Numbered from the stretch's first letter, positions 9,059 to 19,746 are shown. The stretch: 64,000 bases of DNA from Minisyncoccota bacterium (GCA_028718635.1 JAQULK010000001.1:479755-543754); one strand, 5' to 3'. Translations and numbers: made by a program. The notes: generated by a model from the letters alone, not told the origin.

Positions 9059-10624
9059 ATGAACATGGCGCGTTTGTGGAGAAAAACATTTTCGAAAATA
9101 AAAGAAATTTTAGCTACAATATGGCAATACATTTTTGCGCTTGATTATGTCAAATCGCACAAATTAGAAATGTCCGAAAGCGAGCAAAAATTCCGCCTTA
9201 TTGCCGAATCGGTAAACAATGCAATCATTACATTCGATGATGCCGGACTCGTGGTGTATTGGAACAAGAGCGCCAAACGCATTTTCGGCTATGATGAGAG
9301 GGAAGTCCTTGGAAAGTCATTTATTTTAGGTAAGAACGAAAAAGAGAACAACTGGAACGTAGAAAAAAATACCTCTGTCGAGATAATTGGTGTGCGGAAA
9401 AACGGTGAAGAATTTCCCCTGAAAGTTTCATATTCGTCGTGGAAAATCGGCGTGAAGATTTTTCATACAGCAATAGCCCGCGATGTCGGACGTTACCGTG
9501 AATCAGAACAGAAACTTCGGGATTATGCTCAAAAAATGGAGGAAGGCAAAGCATTCGATGATGCGCTTCTTTTGAGTATTGCCGACGGTATTCTGGTAAC
9601 CGATACAATCGGCAGAATTACTTACATCAACAAAGCGCTCGAGGGGCTCTGTGGTATGAAGTCTTCTGAGTTATTACACCATGATCTGGATGAAAGTATC
9701 CCTTTTTTTGATGAGTTTAAGAGAAGAGTGCCACGGGACAAACGGCCTATATATATAGCGCTCGATGCAGAAAAAAGAAAAGAATTCTCGTCAGTCGCAA
9801 AATCTGCTACCTTTTATTTGGCTAATAAAAAAAGTAAACGCCTAATTCCTTTATCTATTAGTTCTGCACCGCTCGTAATAGATGGCAGTGTCAGGGGAGC
9901 GATCGGAGTTTGGCGCGACATCACCAATGAAAAAGAGATAAATAAAGCGAAAGATGAATTTTTATCTTTAGCAGCACATCAATTACGAACCCCGCTCACT
10001 ACTATTTCTTTAACCACAGAAATGCTGATGAAAAATGTGGTAGGGGATATAAATAAGGAGAATAGAAAATATTTGAAAAGCATTTTTAAAGAGGTGAAAA
10101 ATATGACAGAGATGGTTCAAACATTCTTAAATATTTCCCGTATAGAAATGGGTAAATTTGAAATAAAGCCGAAACCGGTAAAATTATTCGAGGAGATAGA
10201 AGAAATAGCCGAAGCAGTATTGCCTCAAATTAATCACAAGAAAGTCCGTTTTAAGAAGAAATATGATAAAAATCTTCCTACTCTAAACTTAGACAGAAGA
10301 GTTTTTAGAATAATTCTTGAAAATCTTCTTTCAAATGCTATTAAATATTCGAGACTAAACGGTCAGATAACTCTACTTGCAAAAGAAACTAGTAATAATG
10401 CTATAATACAAGTTACGGATAATGGTATTGGTATTCCGAAAAAAGATCAAGACAAAATATTTACAAAAATGTTTCGAGCAAAAAATGTTTCTGAAATCAA
10501 AAGCAATGGTTCAGGATTGGGTCTTTATTTGGTAAAAAATCTTGCAGAACAAAATGGTTATAAGGTCTCTGTCAAATCAAAAGAAGGCAAAGGCACTACT
10601 TTTTCAATTTCTTTGCCTCTCTAA
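9059..10624 (+). CDS. PAS-PAS sensor histidine kinase
   Basis: Two PAS-like regions, AAHQLRTP (HisKA), NAIKY, DNGIGI, GSGLGL; start approximate. Confidence 0.92.
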   Translation: MNMARLWRKTFSKIKEILATIWQYIFALDYVKSHKLEMSESEQKFRLIAESVNNAIITFDDAGLVVYWNKSAKRIFGYDEREVLGKSFILGKNEKENNWNVEKNTSVEIIGVRKNGEEFPLKVSYSSWKIGVKIFHTAIARDVGRYRESEQKLRDYAQKMEEGKAFDDALLLSIADGILVTDTIGRITYINKALEGLCGMKSSELLHHDLDESIPFFDEFKRRVPRDKRPIYIALDAEKRKEFSSVAKSATFYLANKKSKRLIPLSISSAPLVIDGSVRGAIGVWRDITNEKEINKAKDEFLSLAAHQLRTPLTTISLTTEMLMKNVVGDINKENRKYLKSIFKEVKNMTEMVQTFLNISRIEMGKFEIKPKPVKLFEEIEEIAEAVLPQINHKKVRFKKKYDKNLPTLNLDRRVFRIILENLLSNAIKYSRLNGQITLLAKETSNNAIIQVTDNGIGIPKKDQDKIFTKMFRAKNVSEIKSNGSGLGLYLVKNLAEQNGYKVSVKSKEGKGTTFSISLPL

Positions 10625-10628
10625 TTTT

Positions 10629-11306
10629 ATGCAAACAAATCAAAAAAATTATAAATATCTTGGAGTGATCAGTGTTTTCTTTGTTTCTATTTTATTAATT
10701 TCTAATGTTGCTTCGACAAAGATTTTAGATTTTGGTTTGTTTACTTTTGATGGGGGAACTTTGCTTTTTCCTCTTTCTTATATCTTTGGAGATATATTAA
10801 CCGAAGTTTATGGTTATAAAAAAGGGAGAAGCGTTATTTGGCTTGGATTTTTTATGGCTTTATTGATGTCAGTTATTTTTATAATAGTGGGCAAACTTCC
10901 TCCTGCAGTAGGTTGGGATAATCAAGCTGCGTATGATGCCATTTTAGGGTTAACACCGAGAATTGTGATAGCAAGTTTAATAGCCTACCTCTGTGGGGAA
11001 TTTTCTAATTCGTATGTTTTAGCCAAAATGAAAATATGGACTAATGGTAAATGGCTCTGGACTAGAACAATAGGATCAACTCTCATCGGAGAGCTGATAG
11101 ACAGCACTCTTTTTATTTCGATAGCTTTCCTTGGCGTCCTTCCTAATTCTTTGCTTTTTACCTTAATAATTTCCAATTATATATTCAAAACTGCAGTGGA
11201 GGTGCTGTTTACGCCGGCTACTTATAAAGTTGTGAAATTCCTAAAGAGGGAAGAGGGCGAAGATTATTACGACAAAGACACAGATTTTAATCCGTTTAGA
11301 GTTTAA
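10629..11306 (+). CDS. Queuosine precursor transporter (YhhQ/VUT family)
   Basis: FPLSYIFGDILTEVYG, RTIGSTLIGELIDS, multi-TM. Confidence 0.9.
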   Translation: MQTNQKNYKYLGVISVFFVSILLISNVASTKILDFGLFTFDGGTLLFPLSYIFGDILTEVYGYKKGRSVIWLGFFMALLMSVIFIIVGKLPPAVGWDNQAAYDAILGLTPRIVIASLIAYLCGEFSNSYVLAKMKIWTNGKWLWTRTIGSTLIGELIDSTLFISIAFLGVLPNSLLFTLIISNYIFKTAVEVLFTPATYKVVKFLKREEGEDYYDKDTDFNPFRV

Positions 11307-11314
11307 GAATCGTG

Positions 11315-11425
11315 AATTACGAAACATAAACTTTTCTTAGGTACGGATTTTTCGAAGCTTGAAAAATCCTGAAGTTCTCGCGCCGTCGCGCTCGAAACCC
11401 CTGCGAAAAGTTATGTTTCGTAATT
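11315..11425 (+). mobile_element. 111-bp element, family A, copy 2 (between convergent genes)
   Basis: Near-identical to 8288-8398. Confidence 0.9.
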
Positions 11426-11765
11426 ATTCTCTTTTCTCAAATACTTGCAAGACCCAGCCTATGATTGCAAGGACAATACCGAATAAAAACGCAGACCAGA
11501 AACTGTCCACTGTAAACCCTGGGACGATGTAGCTTGCCAGCATGACCAACAATCCATTTATAACTAAAACAAAAAGACCGAGGGTGAAGATTGTGATAGG
11601 CAAAGTTAAAAATATAAGTATCGGACGCAAGATAAGATTAATGGCTCCAAGAACGACAGCTAGAACAAAGGCTGCCAATAATCCGCTGACATGCACTCCG
11701 GGCAAGATATAAGCTGTTATTAATATTGCTATCGTCGAAACGATAAAATGTATAAATGTTTTCAT
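11424..11765 (-). CDS. Phage holin family / YvlD-like 4-TM membrane protein
   Basis: N..LRPIL..LTLP..I.TLGLF..VIN motif. Confidence 0.85.
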   Translation of the reverse strand: MKTFIHFIVSTIAILITAYILPGVHVSGLLAAFVLAVVLGAINLILRPILIFLTLPITIFTLGLFVLVINGLLVMLASYIVPGFTVDSFWSAFLFGIVLAIIGWVLQVFEKRE

Positions 11766-11805
11766 ATATGTTTATTATAACAATCAACTATGATAAAATA
11801 CAAGT

Positions 11806-12009
11806 ATGAAAAATATTTCAAAAAATAAACAGGGCGGTTTTTTACAAATAATTATTCTTCTTATTATAGTTTTGCTTTTAATGAATTATTTTCATCTCAC
11901 TGTATCTGATATTTTGAATTATTTTAATCTTACTTGGGCTGAAATCATAAATTGGCTAAAGGGAGCTTTTGATTGGTTTAAATCATTATTTCAAAGCGTA
12001 GTAAGATAA
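11806..12009 (+). CDS. Small protein with a prepilin-like N-terminus
   Basis: MKNISKNKQGG|FLQIIILLII followed by a hydrophobic helix. Confidence 0.55.
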   Translation: MKNISKNKQGGFLQIIILLIIVLLLMNYFHLTVSDILNYFNLTWAEIINWLKGAFDWFKSLFQSVVR

Positions 12010-12044
12010 GTTAAATACAACATATATTTATTATTATGTGGATA

Positions 12045-12072
12045 AGTTCGCTTTACATATATTGTGCGAACT
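12045..12072. promoter_or_regulatory. dif-like Xer binding site (11-6-11)
   Basis: AGTTCGCTTTA CATATA TTGTGCGAACT directly upstream of the xer gene. Confidence 0.6.
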
Positions 12073-12087
12073 AGTATACTATTGTTT

Positions 12088-13068
12088 ATGAACAGCAAAA
12101 ATGTCACTCAACCAATATCCCAATATATTCTCCCCTTTCTTGATTACTGTGAAATTGAAAAAGGATTATCTAATAATACACAACGCAATTATGAGCAGTA
12201 TCTTAAATTATTTACTGATTGGCTAAAGAAAAATAATAATGAAGACTTGAAGCCACATGAATTAACCGCAAACCATATTTGGGATTATAGGTTATATTTA
12301 GCTCGAAGCTATAAAACGCGTTCTGGCGAATATTTGGGTAAGAAATCTCAAAATTATTATCTTATAGCGGTACGCGCTCTCCTTGATTTTCTTGCTGATC
12401 GTGATATAGAAACACTTTCCTCTTCTAAGGTTAAATTAGCTAAACAAAAAACAGATGAAACTATTTCTTTTCTTGAAGTTCGCGACATTGAAGAAATGCT
12501 AAAAACATCTGATATAAAAACTTCTATTGGTCTTCGCGATCGCACAATCATGGAACTATTCTTTTCGTCTGGTATGCGTATTTCTGAATTAGTAGCATTA
12601 AATGTTGATCAGATGTCATTTTTGAAAGATAAGGATACAAAACGTACATTTGAGCTTTCTATTGTTGGAAAAGGGAAACACATACGAACTATATTTATTT
12701 CTCCTCGCGCGGCTCTATGGCTTAGGATTTACCTAGCGTCAAGAAAAGATGTTCAGAAGAAGCCCTTATTCATAAATCATCGCGGAAAAGATATAGATGA
12801 TGATCACAGACTTACTCCCCGCTCAATACAGAAAATGATTTCAAGATGTGCAATACTTGCAGGAATTTCAAAAAAAGTTACGCCACATACGCTTCGCCAT
12901 AGCTATGCTACCGATCTTTTGAGCCATGGGGCTGACTTACGAAGTGTGCAAGAGCTTCTAGGCCATAAGAATGTTGCTACGACGCAGATTTATACCCACG
13001 TAACAAACAAGGGGCTTAGAGATATACATGAAAAGTTTCATGGAGGAAAGGAGCTTGATAATAAATAA
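12088..13068 (+). CDS. XerC/D-family tyrosine recombinase
   Basis: SGMRISEL, GKG, HTLRHSYAT, LLGH..TTQIY catalytic residues. Confidence 0.95.
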   Translation: MNSKNVTQPISQYILPFLDYCEIEKGLSNNTQRNYEQYLKLFTDWLKKNNNEDLKPHELTANHIWDYRLYLARSYKTRSGEYLGKKSQNYYLIAVRALLDFLADRDIETLSSSKVKLAKQKTDETISFLEVRDIEEMLKTSDIKTSIGLRDRTIMELFFSSGMRISELVALNVDQMSFLKDKDTKRTFELSIVGKGKHIRTIFISPRAALWLRIYLASRKDVQKKPLFINHRGKDIDDDHRLTPRSIQKMISRCAILAGISKKVTPHTLRHSYATDLLSHGADLRSVQELLGHKNVATTQIYTHVTNKGLRDIHEKFHGGKELDNK

Positions 13069-13102
13069 CATATTATTATGACCAGATATTGTATAACTTT
13101 TA

Positions 13103-13564
13103 TTACCTACACGAGGTAGAAAGCGTATATCCGGCCGCTTGCGCCTCTTCCCCTGTTGTAAAGTAAACTCTGTTTTCTTGTTTGATAGTTTTCCCAGCAG
13201 AACAACCTAGAGAATAATATTTACTTCCCTTGCTTGAAGCAAAGAAATTTTTTCCTGAATTATTTGTATTATTTTCAGCTGGTGCCCTATTTTCGCTATT
13301 TATGAACGCAGATAGAACATTAGCCGTTTTGCCCGTAATTGGGTTCGTATATTCGATTTTTAGGCCTTTCTGGCTGTTTTTCTTTGATAGTCTACCTAGC
13401 TCAAATGACCCTATGCCCACTAGAATTACAATAACAACTACTAAAATATCCTTCCCCTTTTCGCTTTCTATGAATTGCTTGACCCCGTTAAAGACAGAGG
13501 GTCGCTGCGAGCCCTCGCGGTCTTTAACGGGGTTGATTTTTTCTTGGGAATTGTGTAGACTCAT
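13103..13564 (-). CDS. Membrane-anchored protein with C-terminal Ada-like metal-binding domain
   Basis: TM helix, then FFASSKGSKYY..C..NRVYF..EEA..AGY..C; start MSLHN chosen. Confidence 0.7.
   Translation of the reverse strand: MSLHNSQEKINPVKDREGSQRPSVFNGVKQFIESEKGKDILVVVIVILVGIGSFELGRLSKKNSQKGLKIEYTNPITGKTANVLSAFINSENRAPAENNTNNSGKNFFASSKGSKYYSLGCSAGKTIKQENRVYFTTGEEAQAAGYTLSTSCR
13483..13532. mobile_element. Family B element in frame within a CDS, flanked by TTGA direct repeat
   Basis: ttga-ccccgttaaagac...gtctttaacgggg-ttga; encodes NPVKDREGSQRPSVFNGV. Confidence 0.75.
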
Positions 13565-13596
13565 ATTATTACTTATAAAGTATAACATAAAACAAC

Positions 13597-13872
13597 ATGG
13601 CACATAGAAAGGCGGGCGGAACCGCGAAAAACTTAAGAGATTCAAATCCACAATACCTTGGCATAAAGCTTACAGATGGCCAAAAGGCTCAATCTGGGTC
13701 TATTATCGTTCGTCAACGAGGTACAGCTATAATGGCTGGTGTAAACGTATCTACAGGCAAAGATCATACCCTTTTCGCTATTAAAGACGGGATAGTAAAA
13801 TTTGGCACTAAACGCAAAACATCTTTCAACGGCAAAACTGCGGTTAAAAAATTAGTAAACGTAGTATCTTAA
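13597..13872 (+). CDS. rpmA: 50S ribosomal protein L27
   Basis: [26 protein letters not shown]. Confidence 0.97.
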   Translation: MAHRKAGGTAKNLRDSNPQYLGIKLTDGQKAQSGSIIVRQRGTAIMAGVNVSTGKDHTLFAIKDGIVKFGTKRKTSFNGKTAVKKLVNVVS

Positions 13873-14312
13873 GCTTTCTCTACTTTTAGTTTAAAATAAG
13901 ACTTTTTATCTTTTACAGAAATTGGGATTTCAAACTCCCCTATTTCTTTAATCGGTTTTTCTAACACAATGGATTCTTCGCTGATCTCAGCTCCGTGTTG
14001 AGCTTTCATTTCTTTTATGATTTCCTTATTTTTTATTCCGGAAAATAAATGCCCTTTTTCATCCGCTTTAGATTTTATGGTGACGATTTTCCCTTTTATT
14101 TCTTCCAAATTTTTCAAGAGAAGGCTTTCCTGAGTTTCTCTTTCTATTCTGATATTTTTCATTTTCTTTTCCAGTTGAGCGATCGCGTTTGGAGTCGCCA
14201 TTTCTGCTAGCTTTCTTGGAATCAAAAAATTCAAAGCGTATCCGTCATTGACGTCCTTAATGACATATTTTTTTCCTACTCTCGGTACGTCTTTTAAAAA
14301 TATTACTTTCAT
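13869..14312 (-). CDS. rplI: 50S ribosomal protein L9
   Basis: [25 protein letters not shown]. Confidence 0.96.
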   Translation of the reverse strand: MKVIFLKDVPRVGKKYVIKDVNDGYALNFLIPRKLAEMATPNAIAQLEKKMKNIRIERETQESLLLKNLEEIKGKIVTIKSKADEKGHLFSGIKNKEIIKEMKAQHGAEISEESIVLEKPIKEIGEFEIPISVKDKKSYFKLKVEKA

Positions 14313-15541
14313 GATTTTAACAATAATTCTACTGCCTTATCCATTTGTGGATCTATTTTTGTATCTAAATCTTTTTGAGTTATTTCCACAGGGTAATCCG
14401 GCGTTAAACCCTTTTCAGAGATGGAAGTTCCATTAGGAGTCAGCCATTTTGCCACGGTAATTTTTAAAATCGTATCTGGAGTCACGTCGACGACTTCTTG
14501 TACTGATCCCTTGCCGAAACTTTGACTTCCTACTAATTTTGCCCTTTTGTTATCTTGCATAGCCCCAGCCAGAATTTCAGAAGCCGAAGCTGAACCGCCG
14601 TCTATCAAAATTACAAATTTCAATTTGTCATTAAAAATATTATAACCCTTGCTTCTAAAGATCTCCGCCTTTCTATTATTGCCGTAGTCTTCAGTCACGA
14701 CGGTTTTTCCGCTTGGCAAGAACCAGCTTGCCATATCCACAGCGGCATCCAAATATCCACCAGGATTTCCTCGCAAATCAAGCAAAAGTTTGTCTGAACC
14801 AGATTCTGAAAATTTCTTCATGGCATTGCGGAAAAGATTGGCGGAATTGGCAGAAAAACTATAAAGTTTTATTACGAAAATCCCATCGGTTCTTTTTTCC
14901 GTATCCAAGGTTGGTATGTTTATAGTATCTCGCACAATTTTTATTTCTTCCGGTTTGTCGCTTCCCTCTCTCAAAATTGTGAGCGTAACTGCCGTTCCTT
15001 TTGGCCCTCTTATTAATTTAATTGCTTCGTCAATACTTAAGCTAGAAGTCATAGTTGAGTCAATTTTAAGAATTTTATCGCCGGATTTTATATTTGCCTG
15101 ATAAGCGGGAGTATTTTTGAGCGGAGCGATAACCGTGAGTATTTTATCTTTTAATCCTACTTCAATGCCAATACCATCAAAATTACCGGCAATTTCTTCC
15201 TCAAAAGACTTTGTCTCGTCTGGATTAAAAAATACGCTGTATGGGTCGTTTAACGAGCTTACAAGCCCTCCAATAGCTCCGTAGACCTTGTCTTGGTCAG
15301 TAGTTTTACCTACAGACGGACTCTTTTCATTAATGATATTCCAAACTTTCCAAAATGGGGCAAAGTCTGTTTTTGTTATGACCTGGGTTTCTTTATTGGA
15401 AATACCTATGACCTTATCTATCTCCGGTCTGTTTGAGTCGCCGACATACACGCCTCCGATGAAAGTAATCATAAACAAAAAAACTATTAAAATAGTGAAA
15501 GCGACACGTCTTGTTTTTAAAAAATCAGCGAATTTTTGCAT
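14309..15541 (-). CDS. S41 carboxyl-terminal processing protease
   Basis: PDZ domain, [22 protein letters not shown]; start approximate. Confidence 0.93.
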   Translation of the reverse strand: MQKFADFLKTRRVAFTILIVFLFMITFIGGVYVGDSNRPEIDKVIGISNKETQVITKTDFAPFWKVWNIINEKSPSVGKTTDQDKVYGAIGGLVSSLNDPYSVFFNPDETKSFEEEIAGNFDGIGIEVGLKDKILTVIAPLKNTPAYQANIKSGDKILKIDSTMTSSLSIDEAIKLIRGPKGTAVTLTILREGSDKPEEIKIVRDTINIPTLDTEKRTDGIFVIKLYSFSANSANLFRNAMKKFSESGSDKLLLDLRGNPGGYLDAAVDMASWFLPSGKTVVTEDYGNNRKAEIFRSKGYNIFNDKLKFVILIDGGSASASEILAGAMQDNKRAKLVGSQSFGKGSVQEVVDVTPDTILKITVAKWLTPNGTSISEKGLTPDYPVEITQKDLDTKIDPQMDKAVELLLKS

Positions 15542-15545
15542 TATA

Positions 15546-15776
15546 TTATATATTTTCTTCTTTTCTGAAATCGTTTTCTTTAAAATTGTCAAAAGTTTTT
15601 TCCATTTTTATTTCTTTAATTTTTGGTTCTTTACACAGAATATAACCTAAATAAACTAGCCCAAGCCCAGAAAGAGTAGTTAAAACATCTTTCCATGAAT
15701 ATGGAAAACCTAAATATGGCAATATCGTTATCCAAATACCTAAAAACAAAAATATGCGCACTTTTTTCATAAGCAT
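15546..15776 (-). CDS. Small membrane hypothetical protein
   Basis: LPYLGFP.SWK with 2 TM segments. Confidence 0.65.
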   Translation of the reverse strand: MLMKKVRIFLFLGIWITILPYLGFPYSWKDVLTTLSGLGLVYLGYILCKEPKIKEIKMEKTFDNFKENDFRKEENI

Positions 15777-15811
15777 ATTGTATCAGTAAAAGACGAATAT
15801 ATGCAAGCCCA

Positions 15812-16585
15812 TTATTTCAAAAAAGCATCTATATTTTTTTTGTGCTGTTCGTAAGTTGCCGCGCAGTGGATTTTTCTATTTTTATCGTGCAAGTAAAAAA
15901 GACAATTGGTTTTTTGCGGATTGTAGGCAGCATTGATGGCAGCCAGGCCTGGGTTTGCGATAGGTCCGGGCGGTAGTCCAGCATAGAGGTAAGTATTGTA
16001 TGAAGAGTTTATTTTTTTATCCTCAGAGGTTACATTTTGCCACCATCCATCTTCTTCGCTACCCTTGGCATATTGCAAAGTCGCGTCTACTTGCAGTTTC
16101 ATTCCATTGAAAATACGATTCCAAATTATTCCGGAAATCAAAGCCATATCATCTTTACTCCCCGCTTCCCGCTGGATGATAGAAGCGATTTTGATGACAG
16201 TGTCTTCATTGGTTATTTGTTTGGATTTTGGTTTTTTAACGGTACTTACTTGTTTATTAAATTCGTCAAGCATCGTTGTTTTGACCGTAGAAGGATCGTC
16301 ATCCTTGTAGATTAAATAAGTTTTTGGGAAATAATAGCCCTCCACGCTTGCATTAATAAAATCCTCTTTTTCCTGCGTGTTCCAATTGAGCTTGTCTGCC
16401 ACCACCTGCGCCACTTGTTCTTTGCGCAGACCCTCCTCCACCCTGACTATGCGCATAGAAGGGTTCGCCAGGCTCAAATAAAAAGAAATCCTAGTGAGCA
16501 GAGACGGATCGAATTTATAGTAAAAAACCAAAGTGGATATCAGTACAACGAAAAGAAAAATTAATGTAATAATATATTTCTTCAT
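15812..16585 (-). CDS. mltG: Endolytic transglycosylase MltG
   Basis: EGYYFPKTY, IASIIQRE, LQVDAT, YNTY..GLPPGPI.NPG. Confidence 0.92.
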   Translation of the reverse strand: MKKYIITLIFLFVVLISTLVFYYKFDPSLLTRISFYLSLANPSMRIVRVEEGLRKEQVAQVVADKLNWNTQEKEDFINASVEGYYFPKTYLIYKDDDPSTVKTTMLDEFNKQVSTVKKPKSKQITNEDTVIKIASIIQREAGSKDDMALISGIIWNRIFNGMKLQVDATLQYAKGSEEDGWWQNVTSEDKKINSSYNTYLYAGLPPGPIANPGLAAINAAYNPQKTNCLFYLHDKNRKIHCAATYEQHKKNIDAFLK

Positions 16586-16610
16586 TAATATAATTGTAAC
16601 ACAAAAAAGT

Positions 16611-17603
16611 CTAGTTCTGAATTGAATAATCTAAACTTTGAGTGATTATCATATTGTGATGGCTTAAATAATAGTTTATAGAAAAAATTGCCCCGATAAT
16701 AGCCAGAACGATTAAGCCATTTGTTATTAAATCAATATGATGATTTTTCATTTTTAGAATAATATATAAAAGCAATGCAATAAAAATTATTCCAAAAATA
16801 ACGTAAAGAATTATATTGGTAGTGTTGCGAGGCGAAGCCAATAATTTTTGCCAGAAAGTAGGATTTTGAATTGGATTTGTTGTGGTATTTAGAATAGCGT
16901 TGTTAGGGGTATTTTCTACATTTTCTACGGTCTCTGTTCCGAGAACATTTGCTGGTTCTTTTGTGTTTGCAACCTTAGGTGTTGTTACTGTTATTTTTGT
17001 AGTTGTTTTTTGGGGCTGGTTTTGAGTTACTGTTTCTGGTAAAGGATTTGCATATACTTGTGCCACGAATATTGTTTCTCTGCCTTGATAAATGCCTTTT
17101 GCGATTCCTGTGCCTATCTCTGTGTAGTTCCCTTTTACGATATTTGCTCTGTGGGTAGGGCTCGCCATCCACGCATTCGTAACATCTCTGGAGTCGCTAA
17201 AATTAATAGCGAGGTTTTCACCCGCGTATTGGTATTTGTAACCGACTTGCATGAGCCAATACCAAGGGGTTTTTCCTTCAGGACTGGTGTGGGAGAAATA
17301 GCTTTTTGTCGCCATGTCATTTGCTTTCATTTCGGCTGCCTTGTTTAAAATCGGACTCACGGTTAAAGTCGGAAGATTTTGAGATTGTCGTTCAATATTT
17401 GTAAGATCATCCAAAACTGCGGGCAAGACAGTGGCCATGCCCCCTTTGGTGTTTAGATGCGTGAGTGTCGGGATTAAGAAAGTGAAGAGCTCAAATAAAA
17501 TAATAATCGCGACGATATTGCGAGTGCTCACATCCCGCAAGATATGCGGGCGATGATTATTTCCTTCGTGTGGAATAAAATGTTTTTTAAGCCAAGAAAA
17601 CAT
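16611..17603 (-). CDS. CAP/SCP domain membrane protein
   Basis: YFSHTSP, AGENLA, WMASPTHRANI. Confidence 0.9.
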   Translation of the reverse strand: MFSWLKKHFIPHEGNNHRPHILRDVSTRNIVAIIILFELFTFLIPTLTHLNTKGGMATVLPAVLDDLTNIERQSQNLPTLTVSPILNKAAEMKANDMATKSYFSHTSPEGKTPWYWLMQVGYKYQYAGENLAINFSDSRDVTNAWMASPTHRANIVKGNYTEIGTGIAKGIYQGRETIFVAQVYANPLPETVTQNQPQKTTTKITVTTPKVANTKEPANVLGTETVENVENTPNNAILNTTTNPIQNPTFWQKLLASPRNTTNIILYVIFGIIFIALLLYIILKMKNHHIDLITNGLIVLAIIGAIFSINYYLSHHNMIITQSLDYSIQN

Positions 17604-17620
17604 TTGTATATTATATATAA

Positions 17621-17650
17621 CAAAACCCTATCTGTAAAGATAGGGTTTTG
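17621..17650. terminator. Hairpin terminator downstream of pbp2
   Basis: caaaaccctatct-gta-aagatagggttttg inverted repeat. Confidence 0.7.
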
Positions 17651-17669
17651 TTTGTTAGATTTAAAATGT

Positions 17670-19400
17670 TTATTTAAAATATTCTGGGGTATTTACAGAC
17701 ATCCAGTTTAGAAGCTGGCCCATAATAGATGCAGCGGCGCCACTGCCTGTTGAAGATGGCCCATTCTCCATCATTATTGCAAAAGCGTATTTGGGATTGT
17801 CGTAAGGGAAAAAGCCGATGACCCAGGAGTTCACTTTATTTTTTGCGAGGCCGACTTGCGCGGTACCGGTTTTTGCAGCGACTTGGGTAAAATTAACGTT
17901 GAGTGATTTTGCAGTTCCAGATGTAACAGCAAGCCTCATTCCTTGGTGGATGGTGTCAAAATAATTTTTGTTTAAATTTAGCAAAGTTTTTTGATTTTCC
18001 TTTTCTGTGTCTCCGAGAATTAAATGCGGAGTCAGCATTGTCCCCCCGTTTCCTATAGCGGCTACGGCGCGAACCATTTCCATCGGAGTCACTTGGAAAC
18101 CATATTGTCCGATGGCGGTGTGATAAGTGTCTCCAATGCGCCAAGGGTCATTTTTGAAATTCAAAGCTTTCCATTGCGGACTCGGGATTGTCCCCTTTTT
18201 TTCATCTGGCAAGTCGATTCCAGACCTGTCTCCAAAGCCAAAAAGCTTGGCATATTTTTCAATATTTGCTATTCCAAGCCCTTTTTGATCTTGAAATCCT
18301 CCCCCAATTTCATAAAAATATACATCCGAAGATACTGCCAAGGCTTCCATCATATTAGTCCAGCCGTTTACTTGCCAGTCCTTAAAAACAGTCTTTTGGT
18401 CAGGAAAATAAGGATTTGGAATAGAAATAGAACCCGTAGAAAGAATTTTTTTATATGGATCAATCACTCCTTCAGTCAGAGCTCCTAAGGCAAAAAATGG
18501 CTTCACGATAGACCCAGGGGTATAGAGTCCTGAGATATTTTTATCCAGAAAAACTTTCCTTTTATCCGTTAAGTAACTATTTATCGTCTGTACATCTTTT
18601 CCAAGAGATAAAATCTCAGAATTATACTCAGGAAAACTGGTAGTGGTTAGGATCTCTCCGTTTGTAGCATCCATTATCACCCCTGATCCGCCTGAAAAGG
18701 TTCTATTAGCTGAAAGATTTTTAATAAGATTAAATAGTTCTCCTTGAATTCGAGCGTCGATCGTAGTTACTAAATCTTTTCCTTGTTTGGGAGTATTTAC
18801 AATATTTTCTGAATAAATTTTACCGAAAGCATCAGTTTCCACTATTGTTGCTCCATTTTCGCCCTCAAGAGTATCGTTGTATTCTTTTTCCAATCCATCT
18901 TTTCCTATAAATTTACTTTGCCAAAAATTCCCAGTGTTGTCTTGCGAAGGATAGCTCACATATCCTAAAAGATGCGAAAATCCAGGAGATAAATATGCGC
19001 GAGCAGGAGGATTTGCGATTTTGTTTTCTTCAAGAGGTGGATTGATTCCAAGATCTCCTTTTTCGTTCCAGGCCAACTCCTTTTTATTTCGATCATAAAT
19101 TATCCCCCTGTCGGCAAAAATAAGAGTCTTTTCAAACATATTGTTTTGACTTCGGTTAAAATACGACTCACCTTTTTGTATTTGCAGATAGACTAGGCGA
19201 GCTCCAAAAATCCCAGAAAAAAATAAAAACAAAATACCCAGCACTAAAATAGTTTTTTTGGAGATCGGGCGCTCTATTCGCCCCTCAAATTGCTGGCGAT
19301 CAAAATTCTGCAAATTTTTTGAGTCTAGGAAAATTTCATCTGGCTCTACGAAGGAATTTTTATTTTTTAATTTATTTTTTTTAATTATTCTGGTGATCAT
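17670..19400 (-). CDS. mrdA: Penicillin-binding protein 2 (class B)
   Basis: GSIVK (SxxK), SSDVYFY, KTGTAQ. Confidence 0.9.
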   Translation of the reverse strand: MITRIIKKNKLKNKNSFVEPDEIFLDSKNLQNFDRQQFEGRIERPISKKTILVLGILFLFFSGIFGARLVYLQIQKGESYFNRSQNNMFEKTLIFADRGIIYDRNKKELAWNEKGDLGINPPLEENKIANPPARAYLSPGFSHLLGYVSYPSQDNTGNFWQSKFIGKDGLEKEYNDTLEGENGATIVETDAFGKIYSENIVNTPKQGKDLVTTIDARIQGELFNLIKNLSANRTFSGGSGVIMDATNGEILTTTSFPEYNSEILSLGKDVQTINSYLTDKRKVFLDKNISGLYTPGSIVKPFFALGALTEGVIDPYKKILSTGSISIPNPYFPDQKTVFKDWQVNGWTNMMEALAVSSDVYFYEIGGGFQDQKGLGIANIEKYAKLFGFGDRSGIDLPDEKKGTIPSPQWKALNFKNDPWRIGDTYHTAIGQYGFQVTPMEMVRAVAAIGNGGTMLTPHLILGDTEKENQKTLLNLNKNYFDTIHQGMRLAVTSGTAKSLNVNFTQVAAKTGTAQVGLAKNKVNSWVIGFFPYDNPKYAFAIMMENGPSSTGSGAAASIMGQLLNWMSVNTPEYFK

Positions 19401-19408
19401 GTTCGGTT

Positions 19409-19675
19409 TTATGCGGGGTAAAACTTTAACTTCTTTTTCATAATTTCTACGATTATGAAAATAATTACTGTCATAATAAAAGAAACAAAAATCATATTGT
19501 TGAATTTCGCTTCTTTTGCTCCAAAAAGCAAATCTGATAAAAGAAATAGAACAGCTGCTTCGAAGAATTTATTAAAATAAATCATGCCTCCTAATGCCAA
19601 AATTGCAGATACCCACCAAGGCATGAAAAGTATTGAAAGCAAAAGCAAAAAAAAAGCCAAAACTCTAAGTAACAT
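19409..19675 (-). CDS. Small membrane protein upstream of pbp2
   Basis: 88 aa, strongly hydrophobic. Confidence 0.65.
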   Translation of the reverse strand: MLLRVLAFFLLLLSILFMPWWVSAILALGGMIYFNKFFEAAVLFLLSDLLFGAKEAKFNNMIFVSFIMTVIIFIIVEIMKKKLKFYPA

Positions 19676-19716
19676 AATCTTATATTACACGCTTTATTTC
19701 AAAATACAAAATATGC

Positions 19717-19746
19717 AAAAACGACTAGGTCTGACCTAGTCGTTTT
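19717..19746. terminator. Hairpin terminator at the end of the purE-purB transcript
   Basis: aaaaacgactaggt-ctg-acctagtcgttttt. Confidence 0.75.

Noticed and set aside
12037-12045. DnaA box as oriC
   Set aside because: Single box, no dnaA nearby, and genes converge here rather than diverge
11424-13068. Holin-family gene plus tyrosine recombinase as a prophage
   Set aside because: YvlD-type proteins and Xer are ordinary chromosomal genes; no phage structural genes nearby
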